Shown: positions 37,334 through 46,770 of the stretch, piece after piece
How positions within the stretch are numbered: the first letter of the stretch is position 1
Layout of the letters: the number at the start of each line of letters is the position of its first letter
Assembly: GCA_948989975.1 (NCBI GenBank)
Contig: CARHSH010000001.1
Location: 82,906-146,905 of the forward strand
Reading direction: 5' to 3'
Length of the DNA: 64,000 bases
Origin: an uncultured Lachnospiraceae bacterium
GTDB lineage: Bacteria > Bacillota > Clostridia > Lachnospirales > Lachnospiraceae
Notes under the pieces: generated by a model
Seen by the model: the letters and a program-made list of their open reading frames with translations, nothing else
What the model was told of the DNA's origin: nothing
The model's database searches: none
Made by a program: the position numbers and the translations under genes

Positions 37334-37459
37334 CAGCAGATACAATTTTCCGCTGGGAGCGCTTTTGCTTGTTGACGCTCGCAGCGGCGCTAAGACGCCA
37401 AAATACGGCGTCTAAGAGCCGGCGGCGTCAAGAATCCCTGCGGCTAATTGTATCTGCTG
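37334..37459. repeat. Nested inverted-repeat (multi-stem) element in the ribBA-ribH spacer
   Basis: Outer arms CAGCAGATACAATT / AATTGTATCTGCTG. Inner stems TTGACGC/GCGTCAA, CGCAGCGGCG/CGCCGGCGGCG, AGACGCC-aaaatac-GGCGTCT. Confidence 0.6.
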
Positions 37460-37705
37460 TTCATCTGGCATTGGGGGACGGTAGGTTTGGTGGGCATTAA
37501 TGGGTATTGGGTTAGGGAGGAATTTCATGTTGGAAAGCGGGGGCTTGTGTTTGAAGCGCAGTGTAGTGGGGGTTGAATAATGGAGAATTGGACTATGGCA
37601 GGTTTAGTTTTGGGAAACTGGCTGGTTTTATCTGCTGTTTAACGGGGGATTGACGGACGGTAGGTTTAGGCAGCTGTAAAATAATAGTTAAGGAGATGGA
37701 ATGAG

Positions 37706-38173
37706 ATGAATGTATTTGAGGGAAAGATTGTTGCGAAGGATATTAGAATTGGGATTGTGGTGGCTAGGTTTAATGAGTTTATTACGGATAAGCTTCTGGG
37801 GGGAGCGGTTGACGGGCTTAAGAGGCATGAAGTGTCTGAGGATTTGATTGATGTGGCTTGGGTTCCGGGAGCGTTTGAGATTCCGTTGGCGGCGAAGGCT
37901 ATGGCGGAAAGTGGAAAGTATGATGCGGTGATTTGTCTTGGCGCGGTGATTCGGGGGGCGACTTCACATTATGATTATGTTTGTAGTGAGGTTTCGAAGG
38001 GAGTCGCTCAGGTGGCGCTTCAGTCGGGGCTTCCGGTGATGTTTGGCGTGTTGACGACGGATACGATTGAGCAGGCGATTGAGCGCGCAGGAAGCAAGGC
38101 TGGCAATAAGGGATTTGACTGTGCGACGGGCGCGATTGAGATGATTAATTTGCTGCGGGGGATTCGCGGTTAG
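37706..38173 (+). CDS. ribH: 6,7-dimethyl-8-ribityllumazine synthase
   Basis: [21 protein letters not shown]...WVPGAFEIP. Confidence 0.85.
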   Translation: MNVFEGKIVAKDIRIGIVVARFNEFITDKLLGGAVDGLKRHEVSEDLIDVAWVPGAFEIPLAAKAMAESGKYDAVICLGAVIRGATSHYDYVCSEVSKGVAQVALQSGLPVMFGVLTTDTIEQAIERAGSKAGNKGFDCATGAIEMINLLRGIRG

Positions 38174-38187
38174 TGGGTGTTTGGAAA

Positions 38188-38240
38188 TGAAATCAGGCAT
38201 TCTTTTGCTTTTGGGCAGGAGGATGCCTGATTTATTTTTG
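38188..38240 (+). terminator. Rho-independent terminator after ribH
   Basis: AATCAGGCATtcttttgcttttgggcaggaGGATGCCTGATTT followed by ATTTTT. Confidence 0.6.
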
Positions 38241-38270
38241 GGTTTATTGTAAACTTATTTTTGTGATTGG

Positions 38271-38299
38271 TTGACAATCTGGAAGGGGTATTATAGAAT
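38271..38299 (+). promoter_or_regulatory. Sigma-A-type promoter for the biotin operon (TTGACA-N17-TAGAAT)
   Basis: ttgacaatctggaaggggtattatagaat. Confidence 0.45.
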
Positions 38300-38336
38300 T
38301 GGAAATGGATATTATGGAGGGGAGGGGTATGGGACG

Positions 38337-40256
38337 ATGGGTTTATCGTTTTATAGTGTGAAAATGAGGGCAAGTGAACAGGGAAAGCATATTTCAGGGG
38401 CGGAGCGTCTTGTTTTGGAGCGGGAAGTGGACGTTTGCGTGGAGCAGATGCTTGGGCGTGGGCGGAATCATTCGAAGGGGAAGGCGGATTTGCTGAATAT
38501 TAAAATGGAAAAGATTGAGGAGAATGAGATTTTATATTTGGATACACTTCCGGTTTCTACGGTTGAAGTGAAGGATTTCAGAGACGGGCTTAAGGAAGTC
38601 AGAAATTGTTTGTTGGAATTGGGGATTGTGAACGTAGAGGGGATCTTGGGGCGTTTGCCGGAAACGTATGCGATGCGTGGGGCTATGTTGTTAGATGTGG
38701 ATACGCTGAAACGGTTAGAGCCGGACAGGGAGCGTGGGGTTAGGGCTACTTATATGGACGGAGTAAGGACGGGGGAAGCTGTTTTTACGAAGGGGAAACA
38801 TCATTTTCAAGAGGCGGTTGTGCTGGCGGCGAAGGTGGCGAATGCGCCGAATATTATTGGGGAAATTTGTATTTCGGACGATCCGGATTATGTGGCGGGG
38901 TATGTCGCATCGAAGGTGTTTGGGTATCGGCGGATTACGAAAGTGAAGGAAGCTGGAAGTGAATTGGGCGGGAGGATTTTTTTGTATCGGGGGCGGGAGG
39001 AGGATGTGGCGGAGACGGTTGGCTTTTTGGAGCATCAGGCTGTGCTTGTGAGGAATGCGCCGGAACTTTTTTCGAGGAACCATAGCGAGGGGAAGTTTGG
39101 GTTTCTTAATGAGGAGCTTAAACGTCTGCGGGAGGATTTTTTATTTCGGAGTATGAAGACTATGCAGTCTGCGCAGTCCTCGTCGGTTTTATGTGATGGA
39201 AGGCGTGTGCTTTTGCTTGCTTCAAATCATTATTTGGATTTGGCCCGCCGTAAGGATGTGAAGGAGTCTGCGGAGCGGGCGCTTGACTTGTATGGAACGG
39301 GTTCGGGAGGTTCGCGGCTTACGACGGGCAATACGGTTCTGCATGAAAAATTGGAAAGCAGGATTGCAGAGTTTAAAGGGGAGGAGTCTGCGCTGCTGTT
39401 TAATTCGGGGTATGTTGCGAATCTTGCCGCAATTTCTGCGCTTATGGGAAAAGGGGACGTGATTTTCAGTGATGAATTAAATCATGCGAGCATTATTGAC
39501 GGCTGCCGTCTAAGCGGGGCGGAGATTGTAATATACCGGCATAATGATATGAGGGATTTGGAGCAAAAGCTGGCCAAGTGTCCGTTTCGGAGGGGGCTTG
39601 TGGTGAGTGATGCGGTGTTTAGCATGGACGGGGATATTTTAAATCTGCCGGAGTTTGCGCAGCTTGCGGATCGGCATCAGGCGTTGTCGATGGTAGATGA
39701 GGCGCATTCGACGGGAGTGATTGGAAGGACGGGGCGTGGGATTGTGGAGCATTATCATGGCGTATGCAGGCCGGATATTTTGATGGGGACGCTTAGTAAG
39801 GCGATTGGCAGTGAAGGCGGGTTTGTTTGTGGGAGCAGGGCACTGACGGAATTTTTAAGGCACAAGGCTCGGGGGTTTGTCTTTTCCACTTCACTTTCTC
39901 CGGCTGTGGCGGCGGCTTCAATTCAGGCGCTTGAGGCATTGGAGGAGAATCCGCAGTTGGTTTTAAGGCTTAGGGAAAATGTGTTGTTTTTTTGTGGCTG
40001 TTTACGCGAGGGAGGGATTTTGGCTGATTCAAAAAGCGCGGTGATACCGATTATGATTGGAGACGAGAAAAAGGCGATTGAGATTTCGGAGGAGCTTTTT
40101 TCGGAAGGGTATTTTATCCCTGCAATTCGTTACCCTACAGTGAAAAGAGGGAGCGCAAGATTGCGGGCGGCGCTTATGTCGGAACATTCGAAAAAAGATC
40201 TTAGGGAAGCGGCAGAAGCAATTTTGAGAGTGTGCGGAAAATATGGGATTGTATGA
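38337..40256 (+). CDS. bioWF: Fused 6-carboxyhexanoate-CoA ligase (BioW) / 8-amino-7-oxononanoate synthase (BioF)
   Basis: N-terminus FYSVKMRASEQGKHISGAERL matches BioW (B. subtilis FYSVRMRAS...HISGGERL). C-terminal half is a class II aminotransferase with the BioF-type PLP-lysine region (GTLSKAIGSEGGF). Confidence 0.7.
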   Translation: MGLSFYSVKMRASEQGKHISGAERLVLEREVDVCVEQMLGRGRNHSKGKADLLNIKMEKIEENEILYLDTLPVSTVEVKDFRDGLKEVRNCLLELGIVNVEGILGRLPETYAMRGAMLLDVDTLKRLEPDRERGVRATYMDGVRTGEAVFTKGKHHFQEAVVLAAKVANAPNIIGEICISDDPDYVAGYVASKVFGYRRITKVKEAGSELGGRIFLYRGREEDVAETVGFLEHQAVLVRNAPELFSRNHSEGKFGFLNEELKRLREDFLFRSMKTMQSAQSSSVLCDGRRVLLLASNHYLDLARRKDVKESAERALDLYGTGSGGSRLTTGNTVLHEKLESRIAEFKGEESALLFNSGYVANLAAISALMGKGDVIFSDELNHASIIDGCRLSGAEIVIYRHNDMRDLEQKLAKCPFRRGLVVSDAVFSMDGDILNLPEFAQLADRHQALSMVDEAHSTGVIGRTGRGIVEHYHGVCRPDILMGTLSKAIGSEGGFVCGSRALTEFLRHKARGFVFSTSLSPAVAAASIQALEALEENPQLVLRLRENVLFFCGCLREGGILADSKSAVIPIMIGDEKKAIEISEELFSEGYFIPAIRYPTVKRGSARLRAALMSEHSKKDLREAAEAILRVCGKYGIV

Positions 40257-40275
40257 TTAGAAAGGGTGTGAAACT

Positions 40276-40956
40276 ATGGGGAAAGGGCTTTTTATTACGG
40301 GCACTGGCACAGATGTTGGAAAGACATATGTTTCCGCTTTGATTGTAAAAAAACTGCGGGACGCTGGTTTTCGCAGTGGCTATTTTAAAGCGGCGGCCAG
40401 CGGCAGCCAAAGAACCCAAAGTGGTCTGGCGCCGGAAGATGCGGAATATGTAAAGGCTGTTGCGGGGATTGGCGGGAAGCTGTCTGAAATGGTTCCATAT
40501 GCGTATGAACATGCGTATTCTCCGCATTTGGCGGCTCAGATTGAGGGGAATCCGGTGGAAATGGACGTTGTCTGTGGGAAATATGAAGCTATGTTGGAAC
40601 GGTATGAGTATGTGACTGTGGAAGGCAGTGGAGGAATTGTCTGTCCGATTCGTTTTGACACGCAGGTGATTTTACTGGAAGATGTGATAAAGAAACTGAA
40701 CCTTGGCGTTTTGGCTGTTGCAGATTCAGGGCTTGGGGCGATTAATCGGAGTGTCTTGACGGTGAGTTATTTAAGGAGCAGGGAAATAGAGGTGAAGGGG
40801 ATTGTATTGAATCGTTTTCGGGACAGCATTGTGGAAATGGATAATAGGAAGATGATCGAGTATCTGACAGGCGTTCCGGTAGTGGCTGCCTTGCGTGAAG
40901 GTGAAATGTGTCTGGATATTGGGATAGAGAGGCTGGCGGGATTTTATGACGAATGA
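40276..40956 (+). CDS. bioD: Dethiobiotin synthetase
   Basis: LFITGTGTDVGKTYVSALI P-loop; 226 aa. Confidence 0.8.
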   Translation: MGKGLFITGTGTDVGKTYVSALIVKKLRDAGFRSGYFKAAASGSQRTQSGLAPEDAEYVKAVAGIGGKLSEMVPYAYEHAYSPHLAAQIEGNPVEMDVVCGKYEAMLERYEYVTVEGSGGIVCPIRFDTQVILLEDVIKKLNLGVLAVADSGLGAINRSVLTVSYLRSREIEVKGIVLNRFRDSIVEMDNRKMIEYLTGVPVVAALREGEMCLDIGIERLAGFYDE

Positions 40957-41422
40957 ACGGGGGGATTCGGTTAAAAAACTTGTAACGGACGGTATGCTGG
41001 CGGCGGTTCTGCTGGTTACGGGAATGTTTAAAATCCCATCGTTTCTACCGGGCGCGGAATTTCAGATTTCGGCTCCGTTTGCGGTGGCGGTTGCAAAGAT
41101 TTTGGGATTTAAAAGGTATCTTATGATTGGCCTTGCGGCAAGTGTCTGTGGGTTTGCGGTTGGCGCGCAAAATTTGTTAAATATCATGGTTGCCATGGTT
41201 TACAGAGTTGTAGTTGGACTTTTGCTGGATCTGTTTCCAGACAGCAAAGCCGCGGTGGCGCTTTGCGGGCCTTGCGGCACGTTTGTTTCCAGACTTTTGC
41301 TGGCGCAGGTTTTGGGCGTTGACTGGGTTCTGTTGGTTTTGTATGCGCTTCCGGGCATGGCGTTTACGGCGGTTTTGGCTCCGGTGTTTATAAAAGCGGG
41401 AAGGAGGTTTGGTTTGCAATGA
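40946..41422 (+). CDS. Small polytopic membrane protein embedded in the bio operon (possible BioY-like/ECF S-component)
   Basis: 158 aa, ~5 predicted hydrophobic segments. Start overlaps the bioD stop. Confidence 0.35.
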   Translation: MTNERGDSVKKLVTDGMLAAVLLVTGMFKIPSFLPGAEFQISAPFAVAVAKILGFKRYLMIGLAASVCGFAVGAQNLLNIMVAMVYRVVVGLLLDLFPDSKAAVALCGPCGTFVSRLLLAQVLGVDWVLLVLYALPGMAFTAVLAPVFIKAGRRFGLQ

Positions 41423-42774
41423 AGATGCAAGAGGATTTTGCAAAGAGGGATTTAAGGCATATTTGGCATCCATGTTCGCAGATGAAGGATTATGAAGAAC
41501 TTCCCCCAATGATTATTGATCATGGGAAGGGCGTTTATTTATACGATGTGAACGGAAAGGAGTATATGGATATTGTAAGCTCTTGGTGGTGTAATCTGCT
41601 GGGGCATTGTAATCCTAAGATAAATGAAAGCATAAAACGGCAGTTGGACAAGTTAGAGCATGTGATTTTCGCAAATTTTTCACATGAACCGGCGATCCGG
41701 CTTTGTGAGGAATTAAAAGAGGAGCTTCCGGAAGGATTAGAAAAATTCCATTTTTCGGACAATGGTTCTGGGGCGGTGGAGTGCGCGCTTAAGATGGCGT
41801 TTCAATACCAGTATCAGACGGGGAATCCGCAGAAGAAAAAGTTTATGTGCTTTACGGATGCGTATCATGGAGAGACGATTGGGGCGCTGTCTGTCGGATG
41901 CATGGATTTGTATGCAAAAATTTATCAGCCGATGCTTATGGATACGATTCGGGTACAGGCGCCGGACTGTTACCGCTGCCCTTTTGGGTTAAACAGGGAT
42001 TGTTGTAATGCGGAGTGTTTTGTATATGCAGAAGAAGCGTTTGAACGGTATGGGAACGAGGTCTGCGCAATGATTGTGGAGCCGCTGCTTCAGGGCAGCG
42101 CGGGCATGAGGATTTACCCGCCTGTATATTTAAAGAAATTAAGGGAGCTGTGCAATCAGTATCACACGCTTTTAATTGCAGATGAGATTGCGACCGGATT
42201 TGGAAGAACCGGAAAAATGTTTGCATTTTCCCATGCGCAGGTCAGCCCAGACATTATGTGTATTTCGAAAGGGCTTACGGGCGGGTATCTGCCCATGGCG
42301 ATAACGGTTACAACGGATAGGGTTTATCAGGCGTTTTACGCAGATTATAATGAAGGAAAGGCATTTTTGCACAGCCATACCTATAGTGGGAATCCGCTGG
42401 GGTGTTCTGCGGCTCTGGCGGTATTGGATATTTTCCGTACAGAGCCGGTTTTGGAACGCGCGGCAAAACGCGCGGCATACTTGGGGAAAAGGCTTTTGGA
42501 GGAGTTCGGCGAATCTGTGAATATCGGGGAAATCCGCCACATCGGTTTGATTCATGCGATGGAGCTGACGCCAGACCGCAGGACGAAAGCGCAATATCCG
42601 GCAGAATTTAGGGCAGGGTATCAAGTGTATCAAAAGGCATTAGAAAAGGGGCTGATTTTAAGGCCGCTTGGGAATGTGATTTATTTTAATCCGCCGCTTG
42701 TGATAAATGAAGATGAGATTGACAGGGCGGTTCGGGTGTGTAAGGAATGTTTGGCGTTTTTGCATAGGTTTTAG
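41419..42774 (+). CDS. bioA: Adenosylmethionine-8-amino-7-oxononanoate aminotransferase
   Basis: Class III AT: IWHPCSQM, FSDNGSGAVECALKMA, LLIADEIATGFGRTGKMFA. Confidence 0.85.
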   Translation: MKMQEDFAKRDLRHIWHPCSQMKDYEELPPMIIDHGKGVYLYDVNGKEYMDIVSSWWCNLLGHCNPKINESIKRQLDKLEHVIFANFSHEPAIRLCEELKEELPEGLEKFHFSDNGSGAVECALKMAFQYQYQTGNPQKKKFMCFTDAYHGETIGALSVGCMDLYAKIYQPMLMDTIRVQAPDCYRCPFGLNRDCCNAECFVYAEEAFERYGNEVCAMIVEPLLQGSAGMRIYPPVYLKKLRELCNQYHTLLIADEIATGFGRTGKMFAFSHAQVSPDIMCISKGLTGGYLPMAITVTTDRVYQAFYADYNEGKAFLHSHTYSGNPLGCSAALAVLDIFRTEPVLERAAKRAAYLGKRLLEEFGESVNIGEIRHIGLIHAMELTPDRRTKAQYPAEFRAGYQVYQKALEKGLILRPLGNVIYFNPPLVINEDEIDRAVRVCKECLAFLHRF

Positions 42775-42789
42775 GGAAAAGTTGAAATA

Positions 42790-42831
42790 TTTACTGTAAT
42801 CTTTGGATAAATCTGTTATAATGTGAGTATC
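42790..42831 (+). promoter_or_regulatory. Promoter with extended -10 (TGTTATAAT)
   Basis: tttactgtaatctttggataaatcTGtTATAAT lies 27 bp upstream of the 42858 start. Confidence 0.4.
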
Positions 42832-42857
42832 ATTATTTACAGATTGGAGGACTTTAA

Positions 42858-43781
42858 ATGAACAAACCGGTATTGGTTGTGATGGCGGCTGGCATGGGCA
42901 GCCGTTATGGAGGATTAAAGCAGATGGACCCGATGGACGATGCGGGACATGTTATCTTGGATTTTTCGGTTTATGATGCGATGTTGGCGGGGTTTGAAAA
43001 AGTGATTTTCATTATTAAAAAGGAAAATGAGGCTGTTTTCAAAGAGTGCGTCGGCGATCGCATTGCAAAGCGTATTCAGGTGGAGTATGCGTATCAGGAG
43101 CTTACAGCGCTTCCGGAAGGGTTTGAACTGCCGGAGGGAAGGCAGAAGCCGTTTGGCACAGGACATGCGGTTTTATGTTGTAAAGATAAGGTTGACGGGC
43201 CGTTTGCCGTGATTAATGCAGATGATTTTTATGGGCGTCATGCGTTTGAAGTGATTTATAAATATTTAAGCGGGGAAAAAGACGGGGATAAATATCATTA
43301 TGTAATGGTAGGCTACATCATGGAAAATACGCTGACGGAAAACGGGCATGTGGCAAGAGGGGTTTGTAAAATTGATGACGATGGGCATCTTGTGGAAATC
43401 CATGAACGCACCCGTATAGAAAAAAGAGGCGCGCAAACGGCATATACGGAGGACGATGGCGCTTCTTGGGTGACGATTCCGGAAGGAAGCATTGTTTCTA
43501 TGAATATGTGGGGCTTTGAAGCGAATTTGATGGACGAACTTAAGAAAGGGTTTCCGGCGTTCTTAGAGGAGAACCTTGCGAAAAACCCGCTGAAATGTGA
43601 ATATTTCCTGCCGTCAGCCGTTCAGAAGCTTATGGAGGAAGATAAGGCGGAAGTTACGGTTTTGAAATCGGAAGACCGCTGGTATGGCGTGACTTATAAA
43701 GAGGATAAAGAGACAGTTATGCAGGCGATAGCGGATTTTAAGGCGAATGGCGTTTATCCGAAATATTTATGGGAAGAATAG
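42858..43781 (+). CDS. Sugar-1-phosphate nucleotidyltransferase family protein
   Basis: VLVVMAAGMGSRYGGLKQ: a nucleotidyltransferase G-rich loop. Confidence 0.55.
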   Translation: MNKPVLVVMAAGMGSRYGGLKQMDPMDDAGHVILDFSVYDAMLAGFEKVIFIIKKENEAVFKECVGDRIAKRIQVEYAYQELTALPEGFELPEGRQKPFGTGHAVLCCKDKVDGPFAVINADDFYGRHAFEVIYKYLSGEKDGDKYHYVMVGYIMENTLTENGHVARGVCKIDDDGHLVEIHERTRIEKRGAQTAYTEDDGASWVTIPEGSIVSMNMWGFEANLMDELKKGFPAFLEENLAKNPLKCEYFLPSAVQKLMEEDKAEVTVLKSEDRWYGVTYKEDKETVMQAIADFKANGVYPKYLWEE

Positions 43782-43793
43782 GGGGAGAATGCA

Positions 43794-44867
43794 ATGGATA
43801 AGAAACAACTCGTAATGCAGTTTCAAGTGGAACAGGAAGTGGCATCAGTGGAGCCGTATGGGAGCGGCCATATTAACCATACATATTTGGCGCAGATGTC
43901 GGAAGGCAAAAAATATATTTTACAGGGGATTAATACGACGATATTTAAAGATACGGATCAACTAATGGAAAATATATTAAATGTGACTTCTTACCTGCGT
44001 AAAGAGATTGAACGGACGGGCGGCGATCCCAAAAGGGAGACGCTCACAGTGGTTTTAACAAAGGACGGGAAATCTTATTTTACCGATGAAGACGGCGGCA
44101 AGTGGCGTGTGTATGAATTTATTGAAGGCGCGCAGACTTTTGATGCAGTTGAGAGCGACGAGGATTTTTATCAGAGCGCCGTTGCGTTTGGCAAGTTTCA
44201 GGCTATGCTTGCAAACTTTCCAGCGGACACGCTGCATGAGACGATTCCGCAGTTCCATGATACGGCAAAGCGGTACCGCGATTTTGAGAAAGCGGTAGAA
44301 GCGGACGTGAAAGGGCGCGCCGCAAAGGTAGAAAAGGAAATCGCGTTTGTGCGCGAGCATAGCGGCGAGGTTTCCATGCTTCATGACATGCTTGCAAAAG
44401 GGGAGCTTCCGCTCCGCGTGACGCATAACGATACGAAGTTAAATAATATTATGATAGATGCGGACAGCCATAAGGCGATTTGCGTTATTGATCTGGATAC
44501 GGTTATGCCGGGGCTTTCGGCGCATGATTTTGGCGATGCGATTCGGTTTGGCGCCAATACGGCGGCAGAAGATGAGCCGGACACTTCAAAAGTTTCCCTG
44601 TCTTTGAAATTGTTTGAGATTTATGTAAAAGGATTTCTGGAGGGATGCGGCGGCAGATTGACGGAAAATGAAATTAAAGCGCTTCCGATGGGGGCGAAGA
44701 TGATGACGTTAGAGTGCGGTATGCGGTTCCTTGCGGATTATCTGGAAGGTGACGTTTATTTTAAGACCTCGCGTGAAGATCATAATCTTGACCGTTGCCG
44801 GACGCAGTTTGCGCTGGTCGCCGATATGGAAAAGAAATGGCAGCGGATGTGTGAGCTTTGTAAATAG
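43794..44867 (+). CDS. APH-family phosphotransferase, likely anomeric sugar (N-acetylhexosamine/MurNAc-type) 1-kinase
   Basis: VEPYGSGHINHTY, HNDTKLNNIM, VIDLD (Brenner/APH motifs). Paired with a nucleotidyltransferase, as in NahK/AmgK-MurU-type salvage. Confidence 0.5.
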   Translation: MDKKQLVMQFQVEQEVASVEPYGSGHINHTYLAQMSEGKKYILQGINTTIFKDTDQLMENILNVTSYLRKEIERTGGDPKRETLTVVLTKDGKSYFTDEDGGKWRVYEFIEGAQTFDAVESDEDFYQSAVAFGKFQAMLANFPADTLHETIPQFHDTAKRYRDFEKAVEADVKGRAAKVEKEIAFVREHSGEVSMLHDMLAKGELPLRVTHNDTKLNNIMIDADSHKAICVIDLDTVMPGLSAHDFGDAIRFGANTAAEDEPDTSKVSLSLKLFEIYVKGFLEGCGGRLTENEIKALPMGAKMMTLECGMRFLADYLEGDVYFKTSREDHNLDRCRTQFALVADMEKKWQRMCELCK

Positions 44868-44899
44868 GAGAGACGACGGAAAAGAACGGGAGGGAGCAG

Positions 44900-45625
44900 A
44901 TGAGACTGCTGTTTATACGGCATGGAGAGCCGGATTATGAAAAGGATTCTCTGACAGAAAAGGGATTTCGGGAAGCGGAATATTTGGCAGAGTATCTTGC
45001 TGATGTAAAAATCGACGCATGTTATGTTTCGCCGCTTGGAAGGGCAAAAGATACGGCTGCCCCGACCCTTTTGAAAAAGCAGATGACGGGCGTGGAATGC
45101 CAGTGGCTGGAAGAATTTCCGGCCAAGGTAGTTCGTCCCGACAAAGGATTTCCGATAAATTGCTGGGATTTTCTGCCTCAGGACTGGACGGGGGTAAATG
45201 AGTATTATGACAAGAGCCTTTGGGCAAAAACGGAATTGATGGAAGAAGGAAATGTCGCCCAGATTTACCAGAATGTGACGCAGGAGTTTGACGGGCTGCT
45301 TGCAAAACATGGATATGCGCGGGAAGGCAATATCTATCGCGTTGAACGGGCAAACCGTGACACGATCGCGTTTTTCTGTCATTTCGCATTGGAATGTGTA
45401 TTGTTAGGGCATTTAATTGGAGCTTCTCCTATGGTATTATGGCATGGATTCTGCGCCGCGCCTTCTTCTGTGACGACAGTGTTTACGGAAGAACGCAGGG
45501 AGGGCGTGGCTTCTTTCCGGATTAGCAGGTTTGGGGATATTTCGCATCTCTTTGTGAAAGGGGAAGAACCGTCATTTTATGCGAGGTATTGCGAGACGTT
45601 TGACAGTGATGAGAAGCGCGATTAA
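44900..45625 (+). CDS. Histidine phosphatase (phosphoglycerate-mutase-like) family protein
   Basis: RLLFIRHGE catalytic RHG motif. Confidence 0.7.
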   Translation: MRLLFIRHGEPDYEKDSLTEKGFREAEYLAEYLADVKIDACYVSPLGRAKDTAAPTLLKKQMTGVECQWLEEFPAKVVRPDKGFPINCWDFLPQDWTGVNEYYDKSLWAKTELMEEGNVAQIYQNVTQEFDGLLAKHGYAREGNIYRVERANRDTIAFFCHFALECVLLGHLIGASPMVLWHGFCAAPSSVTTVFTEERREGVASFRISRFGDISHLFVKGEEPSFYARYCETFDSDEKRD

Positions 45626-46067
45626 GGCAGAGTTAAAAAACAGCTCGAAAGGAAGATGAGTCATGGAAATAAGTTATTCCAAGCAGACAGAATGTCTCCT
45701 GAAAAAACAAAATGAAGCGAACAGGAAACAGCTAATAAAAGGCATTCAGGAATTTCGCTGTTGCTGCATGAAAAAATTAAAGGAATAACTTGAAAACGAG
45801 CGGAATCTGAATGAAATCAGACAGGCAATCTTTGATGTGATTGACGACATTTCACCGTCTAAAATGAAAGAATGTTATCAGTTCGTGGAACGGCAAATAT
45901 CGGTTTCGTGGGAGGATCTGAAAGAGGAAGAAGCGGATTCAGAAGACATTCAGATGTTAGAAGCGATGAAAAACGATCCAGACTGCAATGTGTTTACAAA
46001 GGCTTATGAGATAAATTGGGAGTGAGCCTTTGAGAGATTTCTAATAAAATTCAAACAGGCATAAAAA

Positions 46068-46102
46068 ATCGAGGTATAAAATTCCTTCACTTACAGATAC
46101 TA
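46068..46102 (+). promoter_or_regulatory. Possible forespore-sigma (sigma-G/F-like) promoter for spoVT
   Basis: GGTATA-N19-ATACTA lies ~40 bp upstream of the spoVT start. The match is loose. Confidence 0.25.
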
Positions 46103-46142
46103 CTACCACACAGTAGAAAATGTAAATGGAGGAATTTTTCAT

Positions 46143-46691
46143 ATGAAAGCAACAGGAATTGTGCGTAGAATAGACGATTTGGGAAGGGTGGTTGTTCCAA
46201 AAGAAATCCGCAGGACATTGAGGATTCGAGAAGGGGATCCACTTGAAATTTTTACGGACAGGCAGGGGGAAATTATCTTAAAAAAATATTCACCGATTGG
46301 GGAGCTAGGACAGTTTGCAGGGCAGTATGCGGAGAGCCTTTCCCAGACAACCGGAAATCTGGTCTGCATTACGGACAGGGACCATGTCGTCGCTGTAGCG
46401 GGCAATGGAAAAAAAGAATTTGACGGTAAACCGTTAAGCAAGCAGATGGAGGGCATTATTGAAAACCGGGCGGACTTTGTTGCAAATAAAGATGATGATT
46501 CGTTTGTAAAAATTACGTTAGACGACACGGGGGAGCAGTGTTCTCAGGCAGTGGCGACAATAATCTGTCAGGGAGACGCGATTGGCGCAGTTGTCATTTC
46601 TGATAAGAACGAAAAACGGCAGATGGGAGATACGGAACATAAGCTGGCGATTACGGCAGCGGGCTTTTTGGGGAGACAGATGGAGCAGTAG
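46143..46691 (+). CDS. spoVT: Stage V sporulation protein T (AbrB-type swapped-hairpin plus GAF domain regulator)
   Basis: MKATGIVRRIDDLGRVVVPKEIRRTLRIREGDPLEIF...ILKKYSPIGEL is almost identical to Bacillus SpoVT. 182 aa. Confidence 0.9.
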   Translation: MKATGIVRRIDDLGRVVVPKEIRRTLRIREGDPLEIFTDRQGEIILKKYSPIGELGQFAGQYAESLSQTTGNLVCITDRDHVVAVAGNGKKEFDGKPLSKQMEGIIENRADFVANKDDDSFVKITLDDTGEQCSQAVATIICQGDAIGAVVISDKNEKRQMGDTEHKLAITAAGFLGRQMEQ

Positions 46692-46692
46692 A

Positions 46693-46730
46693 ACCTTGAA
46701 AGTAAGGTTGCTTTATTTTGGCAAAAAGGG
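46693..46730 (+). terminator. Terminator hairpin after spoVT
   Basis: AACCTTgaaagtAAGGTT then gcTTTATTTT. Confidence 0.5.
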
Positions 46731-46770
46731 TAGAATAATCAAAAATACAATGTGATAAAAAGGAAGCCAT

